A stretch of 59,815 nt of DNA, filler included, from Squatina squatina (lineage: Eukaryota), in NCBI GenBank assembly GCA_031763465.1. It is 4 parts of 4 records of this genome, joined end to end, with 100 filler letters (N's around TTAATTAATTAA, not from the genome) between each part and the next. Parts side by side here need not be neighbours in the genome. Positions count along the whole stretch, not along the records: positions 1 to 17,330 come from JARFOE010000189.1; 3 more parts are not named here. The stretch is one strand, 5' to 3'. Position 1 is the first letter of the stretch, and each line of letters begins with the position of its first letter. Below are positions 1 through 13,172 of this stretch, one piece after another. Below the pieces are notes generated by a model, which saw only the letters and a list, made by a program, of their open reading frames with translations, searched no databases and was not told the origin of the DNA. A program made the translations under genes and the position numbers.

Positions 1-3000
1 TCAAAATCCTTGTCCCTGTTTTCAAAGACCTCCCTAGCTTTGCCTGAGTGATCGTCTCCAGCTGTCTGTCCCATGTCGTACCCTTCTCCCCTCTAATGCC
101 GGTTGATGCCAGTTCCTTCCACGCCATCATTGGAGGCCAACCTTTCAGTCACTGAAGCCTGACTTTCCGAAATTCTCTCCCAAGACTATTTTATCTTGCT
201 CCCTCACCTTCTAATAATGAAAACCGATTCAACCAGACCTTCATTGCCCCCTTCCCCCAGCATCCCTCCTTTTCCTTTCCGTTGTCCACCGCTCTCCTTT
301 GTAAAGTGCTCTGAAACGGTTCTTCTATGAGGAGTGTTGTGCGCTGCTCCCTGCTGATCGCTTGCTCGGGGGAATTCACTTGTTACTCATTCTCTACAAA
401 TGGCTCAACCCATCTTAACCTTCTTGCTTGGCCTTACTTTCAAAGGGACTCATTGTTCTGTCGTTCTTAGGTTTGCCGACTGCTTTGTTAGTGATGAAAT
501 TGTTCTATTTGATATGGAATATCCCACCAAGCCAGCCATGGTGAAAAACTCATTAACATTTTCTGTCTTTCTGAGGAACCAGCTTTTCACTCAGTACAGT
601 AATAGTCTGATCATGCATCCTGGCAGGAATCCTAACCACGTCTATTCAGATTACTACACTCCTCCAGATTCTTAGCAAGCCCAGTTGCAACTCCCACTGG
701 CTTTCCTAATCCTGATAGTTTATCTCATTCTCATGCTTCCCGCCTTTGGCAACTATACTTCCTACAGAAATAAACAAGTCTCACACTTTTGTTTTATCGG
801 TGTTCCTGTGTTATCTTCAGATACCTGCCACCAACACCCATCCCACTTCTGCTTTCAGAGGTGTACTTTTTAAACTTGACTTTGCAGTGGCTGTTTGTGA
901 TGGTAGAGTTGTCAGCATCTCGATAGCGATGCAAGAGGTACATCGGTGAGCAAGAAGCCCAGTTACGACCTGTTTGTTTCATTTCCTCTTGCTGATCTTC
1001 TCCCGTTTCAGATTTTCCGACAACATGCGGCAGTCCCCTGGCTGAGAGACTTGGTAGACTGTTTGTTCTTAGCCTTGACCTACGCTACACTGCAAGTTAG
1101 CTCCTAGTGAAGAACAAGCCAGGGTTGCTTTCCGTTTGACATTTCCTCCCAGTGAGAAGAACTTTGCAAGTGTTAGCNNNNNNNNNNNNNNNNNNNNNNN
1201 NNNNNNNNNNNNNNNNNNNNNNNNNNNNNNNNNNNNNNNNNNNNNNNNNNNNNNNNNNNNNNNNNNNNNNNNNNNNNGGAAGTTCTGAGTGAGAATGAAC
1301 CGAAATCACCAAATAGCAGACATTTGTTTTTTATTCCCTCACCAGGAGAGTGAAGTGTGAGGTCCGAGCGTCTGTGGTGAGCAAGGTAAGGATCTGCTGC
1401 TGTGAAGTTGTGGCGTGTGATACAGATTCTCATGAACCACCACATGCTGCACCTTATGGACCCCTACGACTGGGACTGTTCCTTTAAAAGAGAACAGTTC
1501 AGGCGGAAGATGCTGCCACGGGGGCTCCACACACCACATGTTTGGTATAAACTTGCACTGTATATAATTTCCTCACAGATCAAGGAACATTTGTAGTTTG
1601 TAGTCTGTTGTGGATTTAGCATGGGGACTGAAGCTAGCGGCTGATTAGTGGCATCCAGCCATACGGATTCCTGCTCGATGCATCAAAGCTGCAGAGTATC
1701 CAGAGGTTAGGAACTGGGAGCCAGTTCTAATAGAAAACACTTCAGCTACACGAGTCCTGAGGATGGACCACACATCAGTGAAAGTGATTAATTATGAGCA
1801 TCCTAACAAACATGTAATAGTGCAGTTACAAAAACCTAACTGGGCCAACTTCCTGCTTCGAGCTGCACTCATCATGAAAGCGTGCCTTATTACAAGGAAG
1901 GAAGTTTTGAGNNNNNNNNNNNNNNNNNNNNNNNNNNNNNNNNNNNNNNNNNNNNNNNNNNNNNNNNNNNNNNNNNNNNNNNNNNNNNNNNNNNNNNNNN
2001 NNNNNNNNNNNTTTAATTGAGGGAAGAGCTCCTGCAACGCGGCAGCACCACCCCTGGCCACTGATGGCGCTGCTGATCTCTGCGCCCCAGAACCATCTCT
2101 TTGGCGCTCCAAGAGGCAGGAGGAGCACCCTATTCGGGAAAAATTTCCTGAATTCTGCACTTTTTTACCAAGGTAAGCACTGGGCGCTAATGGGGCGCTT
2201 TTCTACACTTTTGGGCCGGCAACACGGGGCAAGAGAATTTTACCTCCATATACTTATCAGGATAACGGCCCTACTAACAAAGGTCTCAACACAGAGTTAA
2301 CAAATATAGACACTGGACATAGTCCTATTTTCTGGTAATCCCACCTTCAGAAGGAGATCTAATAAAAAGCACACATTGACCGGCTGAAATTGTCTTCAGC
2401 ACTTGGAAGTTTTATTCTCGAACATTAACAAGACTTAAACTGTCCTTTGTTAAGTGATCAGAGTTTCTTTCGTGTTGCCTTGCTGACGAGACTCTTTGTT
2501 ATTAACTTCAATTAGAAGTGGCTTGTCAGAAAAGCTGAAGGGATTCCATGTGTTATGTGGTTTTAATGAAGGAAGCTTCTTAGAGAAAATGACAGAGCTT
2601 GGTTTGGAGCTTTGCAATAACTCTGTGCTGGTGCAATATAGTATCCGTAAATTCTGGCTCCACTAAGTAAGAGCAGCTGGATGAACAGATGTTGCACCAC
2701 TGCAGTTCCTGCCATTAGTTATATACCCTTAATTTGAAAACAAAATGTTTCCTTTATGTAAATGCTTTTTAATTACATTGGATAATTTTTTTTCCAATTT
2801 CTATGAATGCTGCAGTTTACCACAGTGGAAATAGAAATTATATTTCGCTGCAGTGAAATATAATCTTTGATGTATGATCCAACTTCACCATAGAAACTGC
2901 CCAGCAACCAATCAGAAACAATGACATCTTACATTACTTAAACAAACCTTTTCTCTCTTTGACTGACACCACAATTGCTAAAAAAGAGGGTGGCAACATG

Positions 3001-4887
3001 GAATCAGATCAACTTGTTTCCTTTGGACTCATTGGGACAATTTAAAAATAAAACAAAAGCAGGTTATAGAAGTGCCCCTGCATTCAATAAGCCTGTCTGG
3101 TCCAAATTCTCAATTGGAGTAAACAGATTTAAATGCCCTGAATTGAATGCGATATAACTCAGTACCTGGCTCCAATGAACTAGTTAGCAATAAGGGACTT
3201 ATCAAAATATGGTCAATGTTTGGTTTATCCCATTGAGTTGTATGGCTTGTAACCAGTTCTTCTGCATGGTACCTCAGCACTTGGCACATCAATCTCACAA
3301 GATAGTTTTGCCCTTGACAAATACAGCAACAACTTGCCATTTACGTAGCGTCTTTAACGTAGTAAAACGTTCCAAGGCGCTTCACAGGAACGTAAAGAGA
3401 AAACAATTCAATAATGATTTGGTATTAATGTTGACNNNNNNNNNNNNNNNNNNNNNNNNNNNNNNNNNNNNNNNNNNNNNNNNNNNNNNNNNNNNNNNNN
3501 NNNNNNNNNNNNNNNNNNNNNNNNNNNNNNNNNNNTGGTTTCCGTCGAATGATACAGAGCTGTTTTATCTTCACATTGCCCAAAGGTCCAGTTTTCTATC
3601 AGGTTTAAAGATGCACCACTTTCATGAAAGAAATAGGCAATCCTTTCATGTTTTTTACGCACAATATAAATCCCATCAGCATCACATCACTTGCTGGAGA
3701 TGCCACTGGATTGAAAACAATATGTGTCTCTTTAATCCACGCTGTATAAAATAAAATTGCCAAACACTTTCTGTGAGGATAACTTCACTACAAAGTTTGA
3801 CAGATCAGCCATTTATTTTAAGTGTTGGCAGTAATGTGGGGGCCACAATGAAGGAGGAGTGAGTCAAGTTAAATTAACATAATCTCACAAAGAGCTGATA
3901 AACCCACATCCAACAACATTATTGACTGTAAATGTGCAGTCATCAGAATTATTACCTTATTTTATAAAGAGAATAAAATCATTATCCTCAATGTCCCTTT
4001 GGTTCCGCGACGTTTCTATACGTTTTGAAAACCATCCTGTTTAAACAGTGCGCAGGCCAACACTGGGGAACTGACTCAGAGAGTTACAGAGCATGCCAGT
4101 GGAGGAGCAGCACTGACAGTAAAATCACTGATACACTCCATTGACTTTAGTGCCCAGAATGCAGTTAGTGGCTGTTGTGTTTGCTCAGTGAACACAAGCC
4201 ATTCATTGCATCGTACACTCTGGGATTACAAAATTAATCATTTAAACATACGCTTAAGTGGTGTTGAGGATGTAAATCATACTTAAACTGTTAGCTGGAG
4301 CACTGGTGTTACCAGCAATTGGCTGAATACTGATCCCTTTGCTCTAATGCGCATTAGCAGATAGCTTAAGGACTGATCCAGTTGGCAGCAAGCAAGATGG
4401 CAGCAAGGCACGATAAAATCCCGCATTCTCAAACAAACTCAACTACCATGCCTCAAATTTTAATTTCTATCAATGCTCAGCTGTTTTCATAGTAGACATA
4501 ATGGGCCATTCATGGTTACCCGACTGATTCCNNNNNNNNNNNNNNNNNNNNNNNNNNNNNNNNNNNNNNNNNNNNNNNNNNNNNNNNNNNNNNNNNNNNN
4601 NNNNNNNNNNNNNNNNNNNNNNNNNNNNNNNGAGAGAGAGAGAGGGGGGGTGGTGGGGGGACAGAATAAAACACCAAAAAATCTTACTTTCAAATCAGGA
4701 AGTGGCTGAGCTGAAGCATGGTGTGTTTTTGTTTAAATTTATATATTTTTTTCCTACTTTACAATTCTAAATCCGAGAGTGCCCAGAAGTAACCATTACG
4801 CCGCTGCTTTTTAAGGATGTGGGTTCCGATCAGACAGTATTTTCCACTCCAGGGACAGAACCACACACACACTCTCTCTCTCTCTCG

Positions 4888-4951
4888 CCGGAAAATGAGC
4901 CAAATTTGGACGGGGAGTGCCGTGACGTCAGCCGGGCTTTGCCCTAATATG
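4888..4951 (+). promoter_or_regulatory. Serum-response element (ETS + CArG), CRE and a second CArG upstream of EGR3
   Basis: CCGGAAA (4888-4894) lies next to a perfect CArG CCAAATTTGG (4900-4909). A palindromic CRE TGACGTCA is at 4923-4930. CCTAATATG[n] (4943-4951) is cut off by a gap. This is the typical EGR-family immediate-early promoter layout. Confidence 0.8.
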
Positions 4952-5263
4952 NNNNNNNNNNTCCAGTCGGCTCGAAGATGGCAAAAAAAAAGTGCAACAC
5001 TCTCGGCTGCAGGCCGATCTGCACAAAAAAAATAGCAAAAATGCACCAAGGGGCGATTCCGGCTGGGTGTGCTTTTTTTTGGACCCCGTGCAATGCAAAG
5101 AAATAAAAATGTGATTCTTTTTTTTCTCCCCCCGCCCTGGATTTTTTTGCAAGGCTGGCGCTGCCGGTTGCAAAAAGGCTGCCCCGGCTGCTTGCTGCTC
5201 CCTCGAGGCTCGGCTCTGTCACTCAGCTGCAAGCCCCAATGTTCCATGGTGCGCTTCCACCTC

Positions 5264-5344
5264 CGACGTCACAGCAGCTCTGCTCTTTGCATGTCCATGT
5301 AAGGGCACCTGCGTCATGGTGCTTTCCTTTTGGCGCTATATATA
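5264..5344 (+). promoter_or_regulatory. EGR3 core promoter: CRE-like, CArG-like and TATA box
   Basis: CGACGTCA (5264-5271), CCATGTAAGG (5295-5304, one-mismatch CArG), TGCGTCA (5310-5316) and TATATATA (5337-5344), about 290 nt upstream of the ATG. Confidence 0.7.
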
Positions 5345-5636
5345 CCGGAGGACCGTATTCCTCCAGCAGTCCAGTATTGCATTGCAAGCTATCAGCAGAG
5401 GCAGGAGGGGAGAGATAGACTGAATATTTTTTTTTTATAAAAATTCTTTCTCTGATTACTAACTCAATAACTGCAGCTTCCGTCCAATTCCTGTTCAGCT
5501 TGGATGTGCCTGGCGGATTGTTTCATTTTATATATATATATAAAAAAAGAACTATATTTGTGTCTGTCCATTCGCTGTGATCTGGGACTGGCATTTATTT
5601 ATTGAAAGAGGATACCCCCGCTGTTTGCGCTCTGAT

Positions 5637-5799
5637 ATGACAGGGAAGATAGTGGAGAAGATCCCTGTGACGATGAGCAGTTTGTTGAACCACCTGCAGG
5701 ATAGTATCTACCCTGAGGATGAGATTGTCTCGGCGGTGCCCACATCCATGAACATTTTTAACTCGGATTCAGCCAGCGCCTATAGCCAGATGGGTGGAG
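5637..5799 (+). CDS. EGR3: Early growth response protein 3, coding exon 1
   Basis: Translates to [54 protein letters not shown], resembling the EGR3 N-terminus ([20 protein letters not shown]...). Phase-1 donor G|GTAAG at 5800. BIN3 lies downstream on the same strand, as in human. The zinc-finger exon 2 is not in the assembled sequence. Confidence 0.9.
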
Positions 5800-7699
5800 G
5801 TAAGACACTAGCCTCACCTCAATACCAATTATAAAGTAATAGCGATGCACGCCATTTGGCGTTGAACGGGTCATTTTCAGTATTTCATAATGAATGTGCA
5901 CCTATTCAATTCCGTTTTCCATTTACAATATATTGCATGCAATGATGCCGTGCTGTGCCGGAGTGATATCAATGTACATTTCATGGGCTACTACACTATA
6001 ATATGACTGGCCCGAATGGTTCTTGGTATTATCTAGAATGCTGTACAGTTACAGCAATAATAGAGTTGTACGATCTGGAATAATACAGTATACTGCTTGC
6101 TTCTATTGCATGGAGTTGGGTAAATGGGAGATTGGCATGGTACAGTAGAAGGTTTAATATATTGCCTTTTGTATTTGTAACAATATTCCTGTAGTTAATA
6201 TGTAGGTTTGGCACCCAGGAATATTATAAATTATTAAAGAGGCCTATAAATTAATAAATATCTGAATTATATCCATAATGCTGCATTAAAATATGTTTAT
6301 ACAGTAGTCCAATATTCATAAATTGGAATATGATATAGTTCTAGTGTCTAGAATATAATGGAGTCACCGAGTATTCCACTAAAGTCACTGATTACAAAGT
6401 CCTCTCCGCAATAAAACTATCCGGCAAACACGATATATTTAAATACATATTTCTCACTTTGTCCCTGCAACCCTGCAACGTAGGAGATTGAGCCCTATAA
6501 TATTGCAGTTGTTTTAATGTATACAATAACATGTCATGTGTCCCTCAGCTCTTGTATGCCGCAGCTGAGTATGTAACAGAGAAGTTGCCCATGAAATAAA
6601 ACGCAGGGTTTTATTATTCACACATCGTGGCATTGTGAAAAAACATTACAAATTTCAATGAAGAAAATATTTGTAAATTTAGCCTACTTTATTTTGAAGA
6701 GGAGCCCATTGGAGGGTAGGTTTTGTTTTGCGTTTGGTGTGCAGAGAGGAAAAGGAGAAAAAGGGAGCCATCAGATAGAAGATGCTTTAACCTCCTGAGC
6801 GTCCATTACAGAGTCACTTTGGCAGAGGTTGGGATCCACCCATTGAGTTAATGGTGCATGGTGGGGAAAGATCTAATTAGGGGGAAAAATAAACCAATAA
6901 CGAGGGAAGGGAATAATTCCAGAGATTCAAATTGCCCAGTCTCTTCCCTAATAGTCAACCTGCGCATAATTTACTTCACTGGAGTAAGAAAAGAAATTAA
7001 AATTTGACATTTTTAAAATCTCTAGGAATATTTTACCATCTGCAGGAATGAGTCTGCACAGTTTGGATTCTTCAATTTTTGGACCAGAGAGATTGATTGG
7101 CAATACATTAACATTTATCACGTCGTTAAAAAGGTACTTGTGCTGTTAATTACCAGACTTAACCTTCTGTCGAGAGTTTAATGGGTAATCAATGTGCAAG
7201 TTCTTTAAAATAATATGGAGGCTAAGGGCGAGAGGCCATTTGCATAAAGCAAACGGAAGAGTGGCTTAAATTGGTTCTGGGATTCGTAACTTACAGCATA
7301 TCTCTTTATCCCTTGAGTTTCCTGGTTGGTTTGATTAATAATGGTGTGTGTCATTAAAACGCTTTTTTACAGCAAGATTCAGCCCAATATCACACTCTGA
7401 ATCTATTAATCAGTTCTAGATTTTCTCAAGGTGAACTTTTGAAAAATATTTTCCCCCAACCTTTGAAATGGAATGCAACACATATTTCAATTACTTTTAA
7501 TTTCTCTTACAGAAACTTTTTAGTCATATGCTTTCTACTGTGGGACAGTGATGCCTGCAATAGATTTTGTTTAAGTCTATCCTGCTGAATTTTTTCTTAT
7601 GCTGTGCAGTACTCAAGCATCTCAAGCTCAATGTTTCAAGATAAGCTGTCTGTGCCAGCTATTAAAAATAATAACATGCATGAAGAATGCAAGACAATT

Positions 7700-7800
7700 C
7701 ACCACATGGCCTGCAGCGGTTCAAGAAGGCGGCTCATCACCACCTTCTCAAGGGCAATTAGGAATGGGCAATAAATGCTGGCCTTGCCACAAATGAATAT
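7700..7800 (+). mobile_element. 3' end fragment of a shark LINE
   Basis: CTGCAGCGGTTCAAGAAGGCGGCTC...GGGCAATAAATGCTGGCC followed by an A-rich tail. Recognised from memory as a common elasmobranch LINE 3' end. Confidence 0.5.
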
Positions 7801-7944
7801 TAAAAATTATAATCATCATTTTTGCATTTTCACTTGCCAAATTGTCCATATGCATCTTCTGGCATATTTAATGTATGATGATTTGCATTAGCTTCAATAG
7901 TCCAAAACCGCGTTGCCTGTTGTATGGTTACATGAAAAATCTTA

Positions 7945-8107
7945 GGCCGGGAATTTTCTTGCACCTGCTCCTGCTTCCACTCTGCCACTGTAAATTCACT
8001 GGAAATGCAACGAAAACCTCACTGTGCCTGTAAACAGGGTTTCTGCCACACTCTGGTGACATTACGGTGGCGATAGAATGGAAGGAGCTCCAAGGAAATT
8101 CCCAGCC
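7945..8107. mobile_element. PIF/Harbinger-type MITE (163 bp)
   Basis: TIRs GGCCGGGAATTT...AAATTCCCAGCC with a TTA target-site duplication on both sides (7942-7944 and 8108-8110). Confidence 0.75.
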
Positions 8108-11100
8108 TTAGAGTTCAGACAAAACATGCCATTTCCTGACTACATTTCCAAGGTCTAGAACTTCCCTACTGTTTTGGGCATAATTTCAGTGCCTAATCAG
8201 GGCAAGCAATTTTTTTTAGAAGTCATTTACATTAGTTTTCCACGCCAAAAATCAATTCCCCTGAATTTCTCAGGCTTTTTGACTCTCCTTGCCTGTCGAA
8301 ATCCAAGTAGGCTAATTTAAATCTATAACAATGTTGGCCAGTGGCTCTGTAACTCCAGGTTTCCTGCTTTTATACTGCAAAGCACTCAGAGTAACTTAAG
8401 ACTGAGAATTAGAAGGCACAGCTGTTGTCAGAATCAGCTGAGACCGGCAAAAGTAGGGCGCAGGAAAGGAACGTATTTGAGGAGGATGTACCCACAGCTG
8501 AGCCTGAAGAGTGTGGAGTATTTCAGTCGCAATTTCCGCAGCTGGGATGAACTTCTGCAGTGATCTTTTTGTCTTTCTGCCCCGACAAACTTGGACTTGT
8601 TTCTCACTGCTTCTGATAGTAGGAGACCGGCGGGAGACTTTCACCTCCCCCCNNNNNNNNNNNNNNNNNNNNNNNNNNNNNNNNNNNNNNNNNNNNNNNN
8701 NNNNNNNNNNNNNNNNNNNNNNNNNNNNNNNNNNNNNNNNNNNNNNNNNNNNACACATAATGGAACCGACAGACTCTTCCCATCTCTCCTCCCCGCTCGC
8801 CCCAAAACACCTGCTTGCTCTCCAACTTTGCACAATCTCGGGAGGGTAAATTGCTACCCGGACAGTGGACTGCCAGCCAGCCGAGAGTTCAAATGATGTT
8901 AATCACACGAAAAACATTTTTTTTAAAGTCAAGGAGTACCTATGTTTTCTTCGGGAGCCCCCGCCCCGACCCTCCAACAACCGCCAGACAGACCGAGTGT
9001 GTTGTCTCCTTTGAATTGATGCTATCTTTAGTTGACTTGTGGGTGTGTGTGTGTGTGTGTGTGTATGCACTGCAGTTTCCTAATGCAAGCAGGCTCATTG
9101 GGTTGGATCTGGGGAGCAGCCGCGAAAACGGGAGCGCAAGTTCGACCTGCAAAAACCATACCACTTGTACAATCAGAACTTGTGTTGTTCATTTTCCCCT
9201 TTTTTGTCATTTTTTCCCCCCCAAAAAAGGGGGAGCACACTTCGGCACCTTGACTGAGCACTCCCAGTCATTGAATATCACAGCATGTTACTGCACGATA
9301 ACATTACTTTCCATGGAATCTGTGCGCAAAAAAAGTTTTAAGCTCTTCTTTCAAGGCAAATGTTTTCATTTTTGGCTCGGTACGGTTTTTAATGTCTGCA
9401 TGTGAAAGGTTTTCTGTCAGACATGGGATCAAAATGGTTTGATATTTACAGTTAAGAAGAAACCTGTGAGAAATGCTTTTTTCCTGGAAGATTTTTGCAT
9501 AAAGTACAGTATTTTGAACAGAGATGTATTATATTTTGTGGCTTTATTTTTAAGATTTAATTGTACCTTATAATAAGGTACAGGCTTGATTTTGTGAAGA
9601 GGCGGTGGTTCCTCACCGATGTTCTCATTGGCTTATTGTCTATTGTAATGCAAATACTGTAATTTAGTTAAAGTATAGGCATTTGCAAGATAACTAATGT
9701 ATTGTTGTACCATTTGCACCGTGCGCAAATGTTGAGACATAAATATATTGTGTTTGCTGAGAAAACTGTGTNNNNNNNNNNNNNNNNNNNNNNNNNNNNN
9801 NNNNNNNNNNNNNNNNNNNNNNNNNNNNNNNNNNNNNNNNNNNNNNNNNNNNNNNNNNNNNNNNNNNNNNNATCTGAAGCTCATACATGCACGTGGCTCT
9901 TTACGTTGCTGCTGCAGAGTTCAAGTCACCAGCGGCTCCAAGTGATAGTGGTTTCATTGCTCAGTGGCATTGTTAATTGGGAGAGAAAAGAAATCAGTGA
10001 TGAATTCACTTTTTAAACTTTGAATGCCAAGGCCACGCTGAGCTATTTGGAATGTTTCCTGCACAGTTAATATTCTTTGACATTGATTTTCTTACTTTGT
10101 CAGCACTTGCGCTAATGCGACCTTATTTGCATCTGAACACGAGGCCTCTGGCATCGCAGGTTGGTCACTGCAGGCCTGTACAATTGCCCTTGATAAAACT
10201 CTGAATGGCTGGCAGGCTGTGCTCATTTTCATAGCAGCAAAGTGCATGCAAATACACAATGTCCAAAATGCTTGTTGTAATATAGTGAAAGAGCACTTTA
10301 TTCAAAATGAATCGGAATTTGAAGCATGCCGTAATTCATATGCTGCCCTGTGATCTCAAGCGTATAATCACTGCTCGGGTCAACATTTAAGACAATCTAG
10401 GCTGTAGTTTGAACTGGACTCCGTCTGTCCTGCAAGCTGACAAAATAATAACACTCTTTTTCAGGACAGCTTACGTCTTAGAGCAGTTCCATTGTCGAAT
10501 GTTTTTGTCCAGGTTCCAGAAAGCGAATGGAAAGAAAATGGTGACATTTCTTTCTTCTGTTCCTGTGGGCTCAGCATTGAAGACAATGGGGATTGTTCGT
10601 TGGTCTAAACTTGTCCTGAGAGTTTCCTTTGTCGACGTTGCTTTGTGATCATTTGTTTAGTTTGAGCACGGAGATTTTCCCCATTGATGAGGACCTTTTG
10701 CTAATGCTGTATCACACAATGCTTGTGTAACTAGGACTGGTGTCAAAGACTCACTTTCTTGTTTATGAAGGGGTGAGATTTTTAGTCTACGAATTGCACT
10801 TCTCTTACGAGCAGGTCAATGAGTTCAAGTGCATTTGAAATGGCAATAAAAAAATGATTGGAAATAGAGTCCCATACCTGCCCTGTGGGCAGGATGAGAG
10901 AACCGTGACTGCATTGCAACTTCCTGCTACCAGATCTCATTCCTCAGCACCGTACTTGAGCTAGAGATGCCCTGGAAGCCATATTGGTTTAAACCATACA
11001 GCGGGCACATTATTTAAAGCCACTGTCTTGACCCCAGTGAAGTGTTGCGGGGCTTGGCACAGTATAAGAAAAATGCACCAAAAGCAGAAAATGCTGGAAT

Positions 11101-11330
11101 TAGTCAGAAGGTCAGGCAGCATCTGTAGAGAGGGAAGCAGAGTTAACGTTTCAGGTTGATGACCTTTTCGTCAAGAGCAAATCCAGAACACAATTTAAAA
11201 TTCAATCAAAACTGCAGGACATGTGGAAATATGTATAAATTGGTATAAAATTGTGAAAGGCAAGTTTAAGACTAAAGTCAGAAGCACAGCTTCACACAAC
11301 AAAATGAATATCTAAAATGGTGTTCCAGGA

Positions 11331-11385
11331 AGGACAGTGGGACAGTGGGGCTGTGGGAAAGTGGGGCAGTGGGACAGTGGGTTCT
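11331..11385 (+). repeat. 8-bp tandem repeat (GGACAGTG)n, degenerate
   Basis: ggacagtg ggacagtg gggctgtg ggaaagtg gggcagtg ggacagtg read directly from the sequence. Confidence 0.8.
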
Positions 11386-11904
11386 GAGGAAGGGGTGAGC
11401 TAGATGTACCAAATGGTCTCCTTTATTTATGTGCACTTTGTAATTTTATGACCATTGACCGAAGCCTGGAAGCAGGCCGTCTCCCTGGCCTCTTGTCTGG
11501 GGTCTGATACTTGAAGAAAGGAGACCAAAGTGGTGAAATTCGCTCGTGCCTGGTTGGAGGGCTCGCACTCAAAGAATTCTGGCAAGTAGCGCCTCCGATC
11601 GGAGGTGAGATAAGGTAGAAAAATTTGCATATTTTTTGGTCCAGGTGCGATCATTGGGGCGTTCAAACCCTCTTAAGGCGCAGATCGGGAAGCATTGCAG
11701 CGGGTCCCGGAGGCGCAGCACGAGCAGGAAGCAGTGGCTGCAGCAGCTCATTTGGAAGGTGAGTTGGCGTACGTTTTGTTTTCCAGGTTGCAGGCCAGTG
11801 GAGAAGAGGTGTTGGAAGAAGCAGCAGGAAAGAAGAGGCTGTCGGTGAGCTTGTCGAGGTGCAGGTAAGTGGTGATTTTCTTTTGCAGGAGTGGCCAGAT
11901 TCTG

Positions 11905-12292
11905 TTCCATGTATCTGGGCAACTTCTTACCCATGCATGTGGGCAGTTTCTGTTCCATGCATGTGGGCAGTTTCTGAGCCATGCATGTGGGGAGGTGATG
12001 TGCCATGTACGTGGGGAAGTGAAGGGGCAGAGCAGGGTATAAAACGGGGCAATAATGGTGCAATAAAAGGGAGGGGGCCATAGGTCAGCCAGAGCCCATG
12101 CCATATGTCAGCCCAATCCCATGCCATATGTCAGCCCGATTGGGACCATCGGCGGACCAGAGCCCATGCCATACGGCAGACTGATCAGGGCTATCCGTGG
12201 GCCAGAGCCAACAGCATACAGCAGCCCAATCGGGGCCATGGAGCTGGCAGAACTGATGGCATATGGCAGCCCGATCGGGGCTATATTCAGGG
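11905..12292. repeat. Compound minisatellite (24-bp units then 45-bp units) inside a GC-rich repeat element
   Basis: About 5 copies of CCATGCATGTGGGCAGTTTCTGTT-like units (11905-12015), then about 4 copies of CCAGAGCCCATGCCATACGGCAG...-like 45-mers (12089-12292). Confidence 0.75.
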
Positions 12293-12961
12293 GNNNNNNN
12301 NNNTGTAAATCTCAGTCACTGATGTTCAGCGCCTACAACAAGATGGCAGCCGGAGCTGTCAGAAAAGTGGAACGCCAACTTTTGTAGACATTGCATTTGG
12401 GAGGACTCTTTAGACGCAAAGTTTGGGGAAATTTGAAACGGGGCACCAACGAGGTGCCGCGTGCACTGATGACCTCATCGGAGGCGCTATCTCGATCTCG
12501 CCTGGCCGTGGTGGCGCAAAGGTTTTCCCCTAGTGNNNNNNNNNNNNNNNNNNNNNNNNNNNNNNNNNNNNNNNNNNNNNNNNNNNNNNNNNNNNNNNNN
12601 NNNNNNNNNNNNNNNNNNNNNNNNNNNNNNNNNNNTCACAGCCAATGAATTACTTGTATCTTGTTAAAATTGCTAATTTTTACTGATTTGCACATCCTTC
12701 TAAGAAGTAGAGACAAAAGCAGTTTTTTTTTTACTGACAAAATCAGCTTGAAACCACTCTATATACACACACCAACCAAGCAAGACTTGATTAAAATATC
12801 TGGAATGTGTTCCTGTCTAGTAACAATTTCAGCTTGTCAAAAGAGAAATCGAGGCGGTGCTCCCAATCAGGGTATGAGACTGGGACTTGTTCTCCATTTA
12901 TACCCCGCAACAAAAGCAAAATACTGCGGATGCTGGAAATCTGAAATAAAAACAGAAAACT

Positions 12962-13172
12962 CTTGACCCAGGGAACTCGCTACCACAGGGAGCTGAGGCG
13001 AATAGTCTCGATGCCTTTCGGGGGAAGCTGGATAAGCACATGAGGAAGAAAGGAATAGAGTGTTCTGATACAGTTAGATGAGGAAGGATGGGAGGAGGCT
13101 CGAATGGAGCATCAGTGCCGACATGGACTGGTTGGGCCGAACAGCCTGTTTGGTGCTGTATATTTTATGTAA
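12962..13172 (+). mobile_element. CR1 LINE 3' end
   Basis: GGAACTCGCTACCACAGGGAG...GACTGGTTGGGCCGAACAGCCTGTTT...GTGCTGTATATTTTATGTAA, a CR1-type 3' terminus. Confidence 0.65.

Noticed and set aside
1347-1385. Small AG...GTAAG-bounded exon candidate upstream of EGR3
   Set aside because: The peptide is unrecognisable and the context looks repeat-derived.
11905-12292. CRISPR-like or regularly spaced repeats
   Set aside because: The units are directly tandem with no unique spacers, there are no cas genes, and the context is vertebrate.
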